A DNA stretch of 64,000 nt from NCBI RefSeq assembly GCF_006345805.1, contig NC_043001.1:7006001-7070000 (forward strand), in the 5' to 3' direction. This document shows positions 26,789 through 39,222 of this stretch, piece after piece. Position 1 is the stretch's first letter. Every line of letters starts with the position of its first letter. The translations under genes were made by a program, and so were the position numbers. The DNA is from Octopus sinensis (lineage: Eukaryota). The notes beneath the pieces are model-generated. The model was not told the origin of the DNA and made no database searches. It worked only from the letters and a program-made list of their open reading frames with translations.

Positions 26789-27537
26789 TACTTTGATACT
26801 TTGATACTTTGATAGGTTTCGGCCATTATTGTCCCAGGCCATGTCTAACTTAATAGCACCACCTGGTGAAGTCTTTCAAGTCAGAATTTGGGCACTATGG
26901 CCTACTCAAGTAGGGAGTTATTGTTTAGAGAGGCATATCCGGGTGTAGGAGGTTTATCCGGGATTTCTTGAAGGAATCTGTCCAAAGACTTCTTGAACTC
27001 TATAGGGTCTGTTTCTGTTTTAATGTGTTTTGGTGTAATGTTAAAGAGAGCGGGGCCAATTGAGGTGAAATAATTGTGCCGTATTGTTGTTATGAGATTA
27101 GAGTGCGATTTTTGTTGTGGGCGGATGGCACGGGGACCAAGCCTTGGATGTACCTTAAAGGTGATGCCAACATCATTTGGGCAATGCTGATGGAATATTT
27201 TCCACATCATGCAGATAATGTAGCGCTCACAGCGACGTTGGAGAGAATAAAGTTTCAGCTTTTCTAGTCGACCCCAATAGTCGAGGCCTGTCACGCCATC
27301 TATCTTTTTTGTGATTGCCCTTTGGGGTGCTTCAAACTTTATGATACTTTGTTTTGTGTGGGGAGACCACAGTGGACAACAGTATTCAAGGTGGGGTCGG
27401 GCAAAAGTGGAGAAGAGAAGCATAATGGTGTGGATATCTCTCGACTGGAAAGTTCTGAGAATCCAGGAACACATTCTGCGAGCCATGTCAACTTTGGTGT
27501 TTATATGAGTGGCCCAGCTTATGTTGTTGTTCACAAT
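26789..27537 (-). mobile_element. 5'-truncated copy of CR1-A (3' 750 bp)
   Basis: Aligns to about 662-1417 at roughly 90-95% by eye and has the same (TATCAAAG)x3 tail. It is frame-intact through TFARPHLEYCCPLWSP...DRFLQEIPDKP, with TGG>TAG at 26902. The N-terminal about 60 aa of ORF 26902-27717 is flanking DNA. Confidence 0.95.
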
Positions 27538-28111
27538 AATGGCTCTTAAAAAATAAGAATCTTGCCGCATCACATTCCATTGTAAACTACTACATTTGTG
27601 ATAGATGTAATTCACCTGTAATTTGCAGACTGACTGAAGTATCAGCCGTTGAACACGCCCCAAGTGATCAAAGTGCATCTGCTGGTGTATCTGGCCACTT
27701 CTAAGATAAAATTTCATATTTTTCTCCTGATGTGTATTTTGTTCTTAACAGAACAAGTCCATAAGAGATTTTATGTCAGGGGAAATACTGCAGAAATTAG
27801 CTGATCAACAGTGGGTGATCAATAAACATGATACAGGGATGTCAATTGAAATAATTTATGTGTATCATTAATGGCATGTGTACCATTACAGGTTAAAATA
27901 TTATATCTGATAATCGACGCATATTCTAATAACATGTATAAATATATTTTCTTCTGTTGTATTAAATATGTTTGCAATTTGACTGAATTCGACATCTATA
28001 TTCCGTTGAATGAGTTACCAAGAAAACAGTCGCAAATATTATTAAGTTTGATGTTCCTCAGATCCAATTAAATTTACAAGTGGAACCGAAAATTTACATA
28101 TGTAATATATA

Positions 28112-29393
28112 CGAGGGGCGTTCAATAAGTAATGTCCCTGACCCACTTCTCATAGCAGTAGAGCAACGAGACTTGGCACAGTTATTAGTCATTTTCTACA
28201 TAGGAACCACCAAGAGTTACGCATTTCTCCCATCGTTTGATGCAGCTGTGAAGACCGTTTTTGTAGAAGACCCCAGCTTGGTCCTCCAACCACGACGTGA
28301 CTTCAGAAATCAAGGCTGCATCATCTGGGAAACGCTTTCCTTTCAAAAACAACTTCATGATTGGGAAGAGATGAAAATCAGAGGGTACAGGTCAGGAGAT
28401 GGGGGATGAGTTCATAGCCGCCCGCCTGTGCTTCTGATCTGGCAACACGCGAGTTGTGGATCGGAGCGTTGTCCTGCAGGAGGAGGATGCCTTTGCTGAT
28501 CTTGCCCCGCCTCTTGATTTTGATAGTTTCTCTTAATTTCCTCAAAAGTGAAGCATAATAGACTCCTGTAATTGTGGCACCCTTTGCCAAGAAATCTGTC
28601 ATCACTACTCCGTCCTGGTCCCAGAAGACTGTGAGTATGACCTTGCCAGCGGAGGGCTGCACCCTTGCCTTCTTTGGAGGAGGTGAGTCACGGTGCTTCC
28701 ACTGCATTAACTGGGCTTTGGTCTCTGGATCATCGGGATGGACCCAGGTTTCATCTTGTGTAATCAGTCTTTTGAAAAATTTTGACTCATCTTCTTGGCA
28801 CATCTCCAAATTCACCCTCGAGCACTCGACGCGTTCTTGCTTCTGGAAAGGCGTGACAACCTGGGAATCCATCTGGCAGACACCTTTTGCATATGCAAAT
28901 GGTCACGAATGATAGTTTCCACAGACCCGGTACTAATCTTGACCTCATGGGCTATTTGGCGAATAGTTATGCGTCGATCTTCCAAAATGGCAGCCTCAAC
29001 TTGACGGACAGATGCCTCATCAATGGCAGAAGGGGACGACCAGATCTGGGAGCTGTTTCCACAAAGTTCCGACCATGTTTGAATTCACGATGCCAGCGTT
29101 TTACAAGGTCATATGATGGGGCTTCATCACCATAAGTTACTTTTATTTCATCAAAAGTCTCCCGTGGTGTGCGTCCATTCAAATACAAAAACCGCATCAC
29201 TGCTTGACACTCAACAGGCTCCGTTTCACACTTGACTCAGTTCAAACACCTGTAAATCAGAAACCACAATTAGTTCAGAGCTGTTTAATTTGCCACTTAA
29301 ACTATAGAGATATAGGTAAGTGCACATGCAAAATTTCAGCTAGATCAAACAACTGCAAGTGGGTCAGAGGCATTACTTATTGAACGCCCCTCG
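28112..29393 (-). mobile_element. Complete-length mariner (Tc1/mariner, DD34D) element, 1282 bp, with TIRs and TA TSD
   Basis: TIR CGAGGGGCGTTCAATAAGTAATG (23 bp perfect, extending imperfectly to about 37 bp) at both ends, with TA at 28110-28111 and 29394-29395. Confidence 0.95.
28185..29224 (-). pseudogene. Mariner transposase pseudogene (irritans-like)
   Basis: HTH PRSGRP, SARWIP, ITQDETW, SAGKV..VFWD, LQDNA, SPDL..SDFHLF, RWEKCV. The start is mutated to ACG, there are frameshifts, and a roughly 10-bp deletion removes PPY of the YSPDL motif. Restoring it gives D34D spacing. The subfamily call is from motif recall. Confidence 0.9.
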
Positions 29394-29506
29394 TATGTAA
29401 CATCATCCGACACAAATGTAGTTTGTTTGGTTAGTTGGTTGGTTGTCACCCTTTATATCTTACCGAAGGGGATGGGAGAGAATGAGAGTAAAATATACAG
29501 ATATAC

Positions 29507-29537
<31 letters not shown>

Positions 29538-29776
29538 CGAGAGAGACAGACAGACAGACATAGGCAGACATATAGACAAAAAGAGAGAGATAGCATATAT
29601 TTAGGTGGGAACGTGCAAATACGAGGGTTGGTGTCAGGCCAGGACGACAAATCGTTCTACATACCATTGAGAATAAGGAAGGGATGCAGAATATTTCTGG
29701 GAAATATTATGAAAATGATACATATGTAGATAACAAAATGTGCGTGTTTCGACATATGCACCTCAGTTTATATGCC

Positions 29777-29821
<45 letters not shown>

Positions 29822-30132
29822 TGTGTATATATGCAATTAAGATATACCTGTGCGTCTGTGTGTCAACAAAGAATAATAACCAGAGAACTGATGTATAGAG
29901 CATACACGTGTATCTATAAGATACCGAAATGATTACATAATAGTGGAATTAACATTATGCAGTATGCTATTCACCTTGTTAGTTTTACGCAATATCTAAA
30001 ATAGTTGACGTTAAACTCTCCATCAATTTTATGGAAGATCCCAAGCTAAAGTGAGACTTTAACAATTGTCTTGCTATTAAGAACTTTCGTGCTACCGACA
30101 GCATCTGTAACCGAACCGTATATATATATATA

Positions 30133-30638
30133 CTAGCAGTATCGCCCGGCGTTGCTCGGGTTTGTAAGGGAAATAACTATATAAGCATTTTTAGAGAGTT
30201 ACTTCCCTTATAAATTCGGGCTTTCTTAGCCATTTTTGTTTTGTTGTCTTCAAGCCATGAAGTCGTTGTTCTAAAAGAACGCTGGTTTCCTTCACAACGC
30301 ATTACGACGTTGATTTCTTTACACTCCCTTCCCCACAGCTTCACGAGGGAGGGAAGGGGGAGAAGCAAACAGGTGCAGCTGTGAGCGTGGACGCCAACTC
30401 CGCCGCCATCGACATACGATGCATTTTATGCATTAAAATGGAATAAAAAATGATGTTAAATTATTTTTAAAATCGTAGACTCATCCTTGACGCGCGCTAA
30501 TAGTCAGACGGGCTCGATATGAATCACGACTATAAGATACCCGAATTTGGTTAAACTGCACCGCAAAATGTGGGAGGAGTTAGGAATCTAAATCGAAGGG
30601 GACAGACACTCACACAACTAGAGTTTTATATATATAGA
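30133..30638 (-). mobile_element. Non-autonomous Helitron, 506 bp
   Basis: On the minus strand it starts TC after a target A (30639) and ends CTAG before a target T (30132). It has a subterminal GC hairpin CCCG-A-GC-AAC-GC-CGGG, no TSD, and sits in (TA)n. Confidence 0.82.
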
Positions 30639-30799
30639 TATATATATATATATACAAATATATATATACAAATATATATATACAAATATATATATATACA
30701 AATGTGTCAGTTTGTGTGTATATATATACATATACGTACAGATATACATACATACACATACATACATACATACATACAAACATACACATGTATACAAAG

Positions 30800-31320
30800 T
30801 ATGGGGGTTTAGTGCACAGAGATTTGACCGGAACTGCTCTTCTGTGTGCCTCCTTCGTGAATGTGGTTTCATATGGTTTATCAGAAAAAGATTTCTCCAG
30901 ATTTTTGATGGCTTCGGATTCTATACCTCGTAAGTCTCTGAGGTTATTTGGCAGAATTTTGAAGAGTTATGGACCCTTCAACCACAAGCTATTACATTAC
31001 TGGGTCCATATTCGAAATGAAGAAGATGGGGTTTTTAGTACTATGCAGCGCTTTCCAGTTCGGATGGCTGGTGTAACTTTCAGTTTCAGTGTTAGGAGCC
31101 AGACCATTCTACCCAATATCACTTCATATCTTCAAAACCTTCACTCTAAGGTGTAGATCTTCAGTTCTTTCAGCTTGTCCCAGTGGCTCATCTATTTCGC
31201 CGAGTCAGTCATAGTTGTTGAGTGGCGCTGGATTGAATACAGTTCCAACAACTGTTTGACATTTTGCTTTGAATACAGCTTGAAGCAGTAAACCAGAAGA
31301 CTCAGACCTCTGCTAAATCG
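30800..31320 (-). mobile_element. Old CR1 3' fragment related to CR1-B
   Basis: Degenerate translation SIQRH..SHWDKLKELKIYTLE*R..RTGKRCIV..KGP*LFKILPNNLRDLRG. Confidence 0.72.
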
Positions 31321-33509
31321 CTGGTTATTTTGTGCTTAGCAGCAAACTTAATGTCAGTTCTATTGTTTTATTCAGCAACATTGTCTCATTTAGGTCCGAT
31401 GTTGCACCGATATTATTATTTGCGACCATTCCATTTAAATTGATCACACGAAGCACCAGCTTCGTCTTCTGGGACTTGTTCGGAATCTGTAGAACAATTA
31501 TATATGACTCAATCTGTGCAGTCACATCTTGTTTTTACTTTCGGTCACGAAATTTAATCCGTGAAAACGACTTAAATGAAATATAAAAACTGTTGATGAG
31601 TTTGCTCTTTTGAAGTGAATTTGAATCATTGATTTGAACCATTGATCTAAGGAATCCGTTGAATTGCCCCTTTGTCCAAATTTGTATTTCTAATGGAGAC
31701 CTGTGATCATCATGCACATCTACAAAACATATGAAACATTTTCTACCTGTGAGTTTCCACTCAATTTTAACTCGTGTTTTCCGTATCACATTGTAACATT
31801 AACAGTATTACGTCTACCTGTGTCAATTTAATGTTGAATCTAAACTATATTAATTTGATTTGTCTCATTATAAAGATACTTAATTGTAAGTTATCTAGAA
31901 GTAGAAAACCTAAAAAGAATCAGAGAAAACGTGACAGAGAGAGAAAGACAATGAGAAGTAGAGAGACAACACTAGGAGATAAACAAGAGACTCAAGTAAA
32001 AGGACATTTTACGGCTTTGTTTAAGGGGGAAAGCTTTGTATTGATTAGGGTATTAGAGTAGGATCTCAGAACAACATCATGGAAGAAACAAAACAAAGAT
32101 TAAGATTATTTAGTTTATCTCACTGGGAATAAATCTAAAACTCGTTATATTGGTGAGTATCTAAGGTAATACCTCGCTACATAGAAAATTTATTAACACA
32201 TACGAAATGAGTTAAAACTAAAGAGAATGAGAAAGGTAGCTTTGAATCCAATTTAGATTAACCGCAATGAAAATATTTGGAAATGTAGTAATTTAGAAAT
32301 ACTTTATACTATTAAAACTAAAAAATGAAGACAAACGAAAATAAAGCTAATACGGAAAAGAAACTGAATTGATCCGTGCTAACGAGGCTTAATAAAGATG
32401 AAATGTGACCATACACTGGTATTCTAGTGATGATAAATACCTTTATGAAAACAATGTGTATGCTCATTCATTTTCTTTTCCTTCCACCGAGAGAAAAGGA
32501 AAACTCCCGAAATTAAAGACTATGACAAAAAGAATATTAGAAATTATTTTTCTCCCTTGAAGTACATGGGTTATTCTTCCCTCTTTTCCTCTCTGTCTCT
32601 GTCAGTCTATCTGTCTGCCTTTGAGTCTCACTACTATGATAGTAAAATCAAGAAAAGAACAAACACGTTGATTCAAATCGATGGCTGAGTTCTAGCTCCC
32701 ATCCACTGAAACACTTTGCCAAGGTCAGATGAAAAATACAAGGGTACTAACCCAAATTCACCTTCATGGATGAATTGAAGAAAAAAACAAAACCAGAATG
32801 TCCAGAATTCGCACCTCTTCCAGAGAACGATAGGGCCTGTGTTAGCCTGTAATGCAAACATACACATGTTGTTACACAGGAGTCGTAACGCAGGGTGAAT
32901 ACACTGGACCAAAATATATGGAGTGAAAGAAGTACGACAGGCACTTTTTGACATACATAAGAACTACGTAAGAACCACGCACAACATATTTCTTACTTTG
33001 TCGCTCTCAATCATTCCTTTCTTGAAAAACAAAACAAGAAAATGTAAATGACCTTAGAAGGACTAGTCTCAAGATCTAAGTAAAAATAAAATAATCTTTA
33101 TAATCTTTAACTGATCCACGCAGAAGAGTTTTCATAAAGCTGAAATGGGTCCATATACAGATATTCAAATAATGATAAAAACAGCTTATGCAATAGCATG
33201 AAGGCCCTTTCGTTTTCTTCTTTTTCAAACAAGAGAGGAAACAGAAGACTTAGGAGATATTCTCTCTCCTGAAGAAAATAGATTTTCTCTTCCTGCCACT
33301 CTTTATCTATCTTTTTCACAGACATGATGGAAAAGTCCAGCAAACACCAAAGACGATACAGAAACATAAACATAAACAGAAAACTGAAAAAAGAATACAG
33401 CTTACCATAGTCATCAGAGAGTGAAATACATTGATTATGGATAACTTTTCTCTCTTGCTCTCTGTCTCTATGCCTCACACCTTCCACTCTCTCTGTCTGT
33501 CAGTCTCTC

Positions 33510-33548
<39 letters not shown>

Positions 33549-33751
33549 ACCTCTTTCTCTCTGTACTTGTAGGTCAAGACCCAATAAATATGAAATTCAA
33601 GCTGGTCCAGACATCACTTTTGCAGTTTCGCTAAGATTTGGAGAAGTTTGTCATATTTGACTGGAGTTAGAAATTCTTGTAACCATGTATTGCTTCTTAG
33701 CATAACGAGAACTGTATACATACATACATATATACATACATACATACATAC

Positions 33752-33817
<66 letters not shown>

Positions 33818-34748
33818 TATATAGATGGCTGTGTATATCTCAGTATTTAATTCCAGACTGATGAACTGGTGTATCAGTCAAATGTTTCTCACTGAACATG
33901 TGCGGTGTATATGCACACATAGCTGTATATATACGTATACATTATCTATCTGGCTATATCTTTATATAACTATGTGTTTATGTGTGTTTGTGTGCGTATG
34001 TATGTGTATAAATCTGTGCGTATGTTTGTATGTGTCTTTATACAAGTAAATATGTGTGCGTGTATTTATTTAAAAAATTGTGAAACCCTTCTCTATCCAA
34101 ATTACTTCATAAAGGTCAGATGTACATCTATAAATTCAAAAAATTTTAATACCTTTACTACACACACACACACTCACACACACACGTAGGGAGACACATT
34201 ACACTTAGACACACATAGAGAGAGGGGGAGGGGGAAAAGATACAGATATTTATGTGTGTGTGCGTGTGTATACATCAACGAAGAAAGCACAATTGACAAG
34301 AAGCCACACAAACAGATTGATGTGCGCATATGCGTATGAACTCACATTTACTCACACAATACACACACACACACACATGCAAGCATACACACAAACAAGT
34401 AAACATACGCATTCATACATATTCATACAAACCATGCATGCATAGTTCTATATTTACGTGATTTTGTACATAACCACGTGTGTATATATTGTTATATGTA
34501 CACCTGGAAAAAGAAATTATATTTCTTTCCACACGATTCAACAGATTACAATATGAAAAGTGCAATATCTAAGATTAGTAAATTTTCATTCAATTTCTTT
34601 TGACACTAGAGGGCACTTCGTGACAGTCGACTATAGCAGGAGTTGGGTTTTGTTGCTTAGCCCACATTTAAATATTCACAGTTTGAGTCATGGTTCCTAT
34701 ATTCGTAATATATTCAATATTAATGCTTTCCAGCACTTTAGTTTACCT

Positions 34749-34796
<48 letters not shown>

Positions 34797-34797
34797 G

Positions 34798-34849
<52 letters not shown>

Positions 34850-36318
34850 TATTTCCATCAGAATCTCAATCACCAGATATTCATGTAGGTTTGTATTTGT
34901 ATTTTTCATTACATTTTTGCTGGTTTCCTCATAAAACTTATATAACTATTGATACGTTTGCATTTAAATCCAAATTTGCATATATTCACGATGCATTTCG
35001 AATGATGTGTCACCTGATAATATACATATCTTGAACATCGCCATATTAGCATAGCAAGGAGTGCTGCTTCTCGTTACGTGCAGAGGCAGCCATTATTACC
35101 GTCATTAGAAAACTGGTATGCGACTCACAATAGAACGTAGCTGACAGGACTGAAGTTGTACAAACACATTCTCACCAACATCAAAAAATGGATCCGTGAT
35201 TGCTTGGCATAAGGTTAGAGACAAACTGCAAGTTCGTTCACAGTTACAGACTGCGTTCGTCCCATTTTTTTTTCTACTAACACTACAGAGATCATGTTCC
35301 TGGGCGATGGCTGTTTTAATGCTCTCTCGACCCATATATTTGCCATTAATTTATTTAGACTTAACATTGTTTTGTTTCTATGAAATCCTCAAGCGTTGTC
35401 GATGGTTTCTGCGGTAGAATATCCTATCGTGGACCCTAATGGAATTCTTGTCTTCGTTAAACGATTTTATTTTCTTTAGTTCAAGTGAGATATCACGGGC
35501 TTAAACAACACCACTCTCAACGAACATGTAGAGGGATACTCACTTAGCAAATTCCTTCAAATACAGTAGTAATTAATATAACGGAAATATATAATATATT
35601 CATAAACTCTTCGACATAAAATTTGATGCGTCAGATATATGCCTGTGGCCAGCAGAGTTTCTATTCCTGTAATTTTGCATGATATTGTTCTACCGTCATG
35701 AATATCTATCCTGCAACTAATATGAGGTACTTAAATGATACAAATTGCTCTCTCCTTATCTCTCTCCCTCCCTCTCTTTCGTTCCCCTCTCTCCCTTCTC
35801 ACTTTCTGCCTGTCACTATAAAAATACATATATTACTATTTATATATATATTTGTGTGTGTGTATATATATATATATATACACACAAACAAACACAACAC
35901 ACACACACACACACCTATATATATATTTTTACACACACACAATATTGTATGAAGTAAAAAAGGAGAGAAAACGACTATGTGGATATTTTGCATGCTAAAA
36001 ATGGCAGTCAAATCTCCAAACCACGACAAAGCATTACGGTTAACTAAACCTTTTATTCAATCAAATGTCTTGCCCGCGAACAAACAATGTGCTTATGGGA
36101 TTTAATGAAAGAATGCTTTTACGTGGATTTGGGCTTTCACTGCCATTTTTAGCATGAAAGAAATCCACATGATGGATTTCTCTCCGTGTTCATTTCATAC
36201 GCTCTTATATCTAAAAACTTTTATGTCTTCTCACGTTTATGATGAAATGTTAATCACTGGTATAAATCATTTAATAATATTTACCTTTGTATTTATATAG
36301 TCAAATACATATATATAT

Positions 36319-36716
36319 AGACGTAGGAGCAGCTGTGTGGTAAGTAGCTTGCTTACCAACCACATGGTCCAGATTCAGTCCCACTGCGTGGCATCTTGGG
36401 AGAGTGTCATTCACTATAGCCTCGGGCCGACCAAAGCCTTGTGAGTGGATTTGGTAGACGGAAACTGAAAGAAGCTCGTCGTATATATGTATATATATAT
36501 ATATACGTGTGTGTGTGTGTGTGTGTGTGTGTTTGTGTGTGTTTGTGTGTCTGTGCTGGTGTGTTTACGTCCCCGTAACTTAGCGGTTCGGCAAAAGAGA
36601 TCGATAGAATAAGTTCTAGGCTTCCAAAGAATAAGTCCTGGGGTTGATTTGCTCGACTAGAGGCGGTGTTCCAGCATGGTCACAGTCAAATGACTGAAAC
36701 AAGTAAAAAAAGAGAG
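36319..36716 (+). mobile_element. SINE family A, near full length
   Basis: Same modules as 53561-53972. Confidence 0.92.
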
Positions 36717-36722
36717 TATATA

Positions 36723-36760
<38 letters not shown>

Positions 36761-36766
36761 ATATAT

Positions 36767-36820
36767 AAACGGCGGTCTATTAGCATGGCCGCAGCTCTGA
36801 GCTGAAACTAGAAAAAAAAA
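36767..36820 (+). mobile_element. Very short 5'-truncated CR1-B 3' tail stub in (TA)n
   Basis: GGCGGTCTATTAGCATGGCCGCAGCTCTGAGCTGAAACTAGAAAA matches the LINE-type ending GAGCTGAAACTAGAA at 15245-15259. Confidence 0.65.
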
Positions 36821-36844
36821 TATATTATATATATATATATATAT

Positions 36845-37176
36845 AAGGGTAAAGACCCCCTTCGGTCATGAAGGTTGCACCTAGAAAGTTATCCTCCTAG
36901 ACACAAGTCCGGACAAGGTTGTTAATGGAAGGCCAGCAGTCGCCCATTCATACCAGCCTCCCCTCTCCACGCCACCAGTGTTATCCAAGGGAAAGACAAA
37001 GATCGATACAGCTTGGCACCAGTGACGTCGCAGCTCATTTCTACAGCTGAGTGAACTGGAGCAACGTGAAATAAAGTGCTTTGCTCAAGAACACAACACG
37101 CAGCCCGGTCCGGGATTCGAGCTCACAACCTCACAATCGTAAGCTCGACGCTCTAACCACTGAGCCATGCGCCTTC
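36845..37176 (-). mobile_element. tRNA-derived SINE family E
   Basis: Minus strand: A-box TGGCTCAGTGG, B-box-like GAGCTCGAATCCC, then TTGTGTTCTTGAGCAAAGCACTTTA...CACTCAGCTGTAGAAATGAG (CORE/V-like central motif). Confidence 0.88.
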
Positions 37177-37801
37177 ATATATATATATATATATAGATAT
37201 ATATATATGTGTATATATATATATATATATATTTATAGTATACATATTAAGTATGTATGTATATAACTAATTGAATTTGTGGCGGCGTATTAGCAATTAG
37301 AACCTAGTGGTTAATTAAAGGACCACCCTCCATTCACTTTTATGACCTCTATTGAAATATATATATACACGCGCGCAAATACACATTCACATGTGCGCAC
37401 GCACACACCTGCGTTTACACACATACAAATACATACACACACACATATAGAGATATATTCTTTTGCAAGACTTAATGCATGTTTAATGTACGTGAAATAC
37501 GGCAGACAATTTAAGTTTCAGCCTGAGGCGTACTCGAATGTCAATCTACTGTCGCGGAACATTTTTAGACTTGATTATGAGATTTTAGCGAAAAAGGAGA
37601 ATTTTATGCGATAGAGTATGGTTATTATTAGAACACAATTAAATATATTCTTTCAAAAAGTGCAAAGAGGCACTATAATGGGATCGAAGAAATAAACATG
37701 TAAATTGAAACACTAAAATGATTTTAAAATAAACTATTTTTTACAGGCTCGATTTAAGCATTAACGGTTAATTAAAAAAAATCATATATTGAAGAATTAA
37801 A

Positions 37802-38179
37802 TGTGGTAAGTAGCTTGCTTGCCAACCACATAGCTCCTGGTTCAGACTTACTGCGTAGCACCTTGGGTAAGTGTCTTCTACGATAGCCTCGGGCCGACCA
37901 ATGCCTTGTGGGTGGATTTGGTAGACGGAAACTGAAAGAATCCCGTCGTATATTTGTATATGTATATATATATTTGTATTTGTTTGCCTGTACCCCCATC
38001 CCAACATCGCTTGACAACCGATGCTGGTGGTTTGCGTTCCCGTAACTTAGTGGTTCGGTAAAAGAGATCGATAAAATAAGTACTAGGCTTACAAAGAATA
38101 AATCCTCGAATAAATGCGGTGCTCCAGCATGGCCGCAGTCAAATGACTGAAATAAGGAAAATATTAAAAGAGTAAAGAG
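37802..38179 (+). mobile_element. SINE family A
   Basis: Head, central domain, short microsatellite and tail are present. Confidence 0.9.
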
Positions 38180-38380
38180 GTGTAGGTAGACGTGTGGTAA
38201 GAAGCTTGCTCCGCAACCACATGATTCCGCATTCAATGCCCCTGCATATCACCTTAGGCTAGTCTCCTCTGCTATAGCCTCGGGCCGACCAAAGACTTGT
38301 GAGTGGATCTGGTCGACGGAAACTGAAAGAAGCCCGTCGTATATATGTATATGTGTGTGTATATATATATATGTGTGTGT

Positions 38381-38429
<49 letters not shown>

Positions 38430-38894
38430 GTATATATATATATATATATAGTGAGAATTTAGGAAAAAAACGAAGACGGGTGTGTTAACAACAAAGAGAT
38501 ATATTAGTTTAACGCTCGGGAACTCAAAAAGGCTTTTGCGTTTCGGGCCTACGTTCTTCAACAGAAAGGATCATAGAAATAATGAATAGAGAGAAAAAGA
38601 TTTAGTGCCTAGCGATCTATAATGGCATATGTGTGTGTGTGTGTGTCTTTGTGTGTTTGTGTGTGTGTATTTATGTGTGTGTCTTTGTGTCTGTCTTTGT
38701 ACCCCAACCATCGCTTGTCTTGCGATACTGGTGTGTTTACGTCCCCGTAACTTAGCGGTTTCGCCAATGAAACCGATGTAAGAAGTGTCAAGCTTACAAA
38801 GAAAAAGAGCTGAGGGTCAATGTTTTTGACTAAAATGATCGTGCTGCAGCATGGCCGCATTTACATTACTGAAAGAAGTAACGGAATAAAAGAG
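38180..38894 (+). mobile_element. SINE family A in tandem with the previous copy, interrupted by an insertion in its internal microsatellite
   Basis: The 5' half (38180-38340) and 3' half (38690-38894) are separated by (TG)n(TA)n and a 178-bp foreign segment. Confidence 0.85.
38451..38628 (-). mobile_element. Penelope-like terminal-repeat-type fragment with a degenerate minimal hammerhead motif (38533-38568)
   Basis: Minus strand CUUU-CUGUUGA-A-GAAC-GUAG-GCCC-GAAA-CG-CA-AAAG. It has the same layout as the 57-kb motifs but with core and stem substitutions. Confidence 0.45.
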
Positions 38895-39009
38895 AAACAT
38901 AAAAATAAGGATAACAATATTACAATGAAAAATATTTGAGACTAAATTTTAAGTTAAACTTGGAATTATATTATAAGAACGTCAAAAATTTAATGTCGAA
39001 TATAATATT

Positions 39010-39222
39010 ATTTTCAAATGCTTGTCGAAGGTCTGTAATTTTTGACTAGGGCGGAAGTGCATTATATGGACGCCGGGGGTTTAACTGCTACTTGTGTTAT
39101 TGACCTCGTAGTGATGAAGCGCAAAGTTGATCACTGCGGAATTTGAAAACAGTCTGTAAGGAAAGACAAAATGCCGCTTAACTTTGTGCTCGGTATGTTA
39201 AGGTTTCTGCAATCACACTAGC
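39010..39222 (-). mobile_element. Degenerate SINE family D
   Basis: GATGAAGCGCAAAGTTGATCACTGCGGAATTTGAA resembles GATGAAAGGCAAAGTCGACCTCGGCGGAATTTGAA. Confidence 0.55.

Noticed and set aside
27540-27717. N-terminal extension of ORF 26902-27717, suggesting a LINE-host fusion or exon
   Set aside because: It is flanking DNA that happens to be in frame with the truncated LINE. A possible 85-nt AG/GT-bounded exon there has no identifiable product.
33107-33487. 126-aa minus-strand ORF
   Set aside because: It begins in a (GA)n tract and lies in strand-skewed sequence that is poor in stops. No motif is recognisable.
35275-35288. TACTAAC branch-point consensus followed by CAG
   Set aside because: The branch point is too close to the AG, the pyrimidine tract is on the wrong side, and all downstream frames close quickly.
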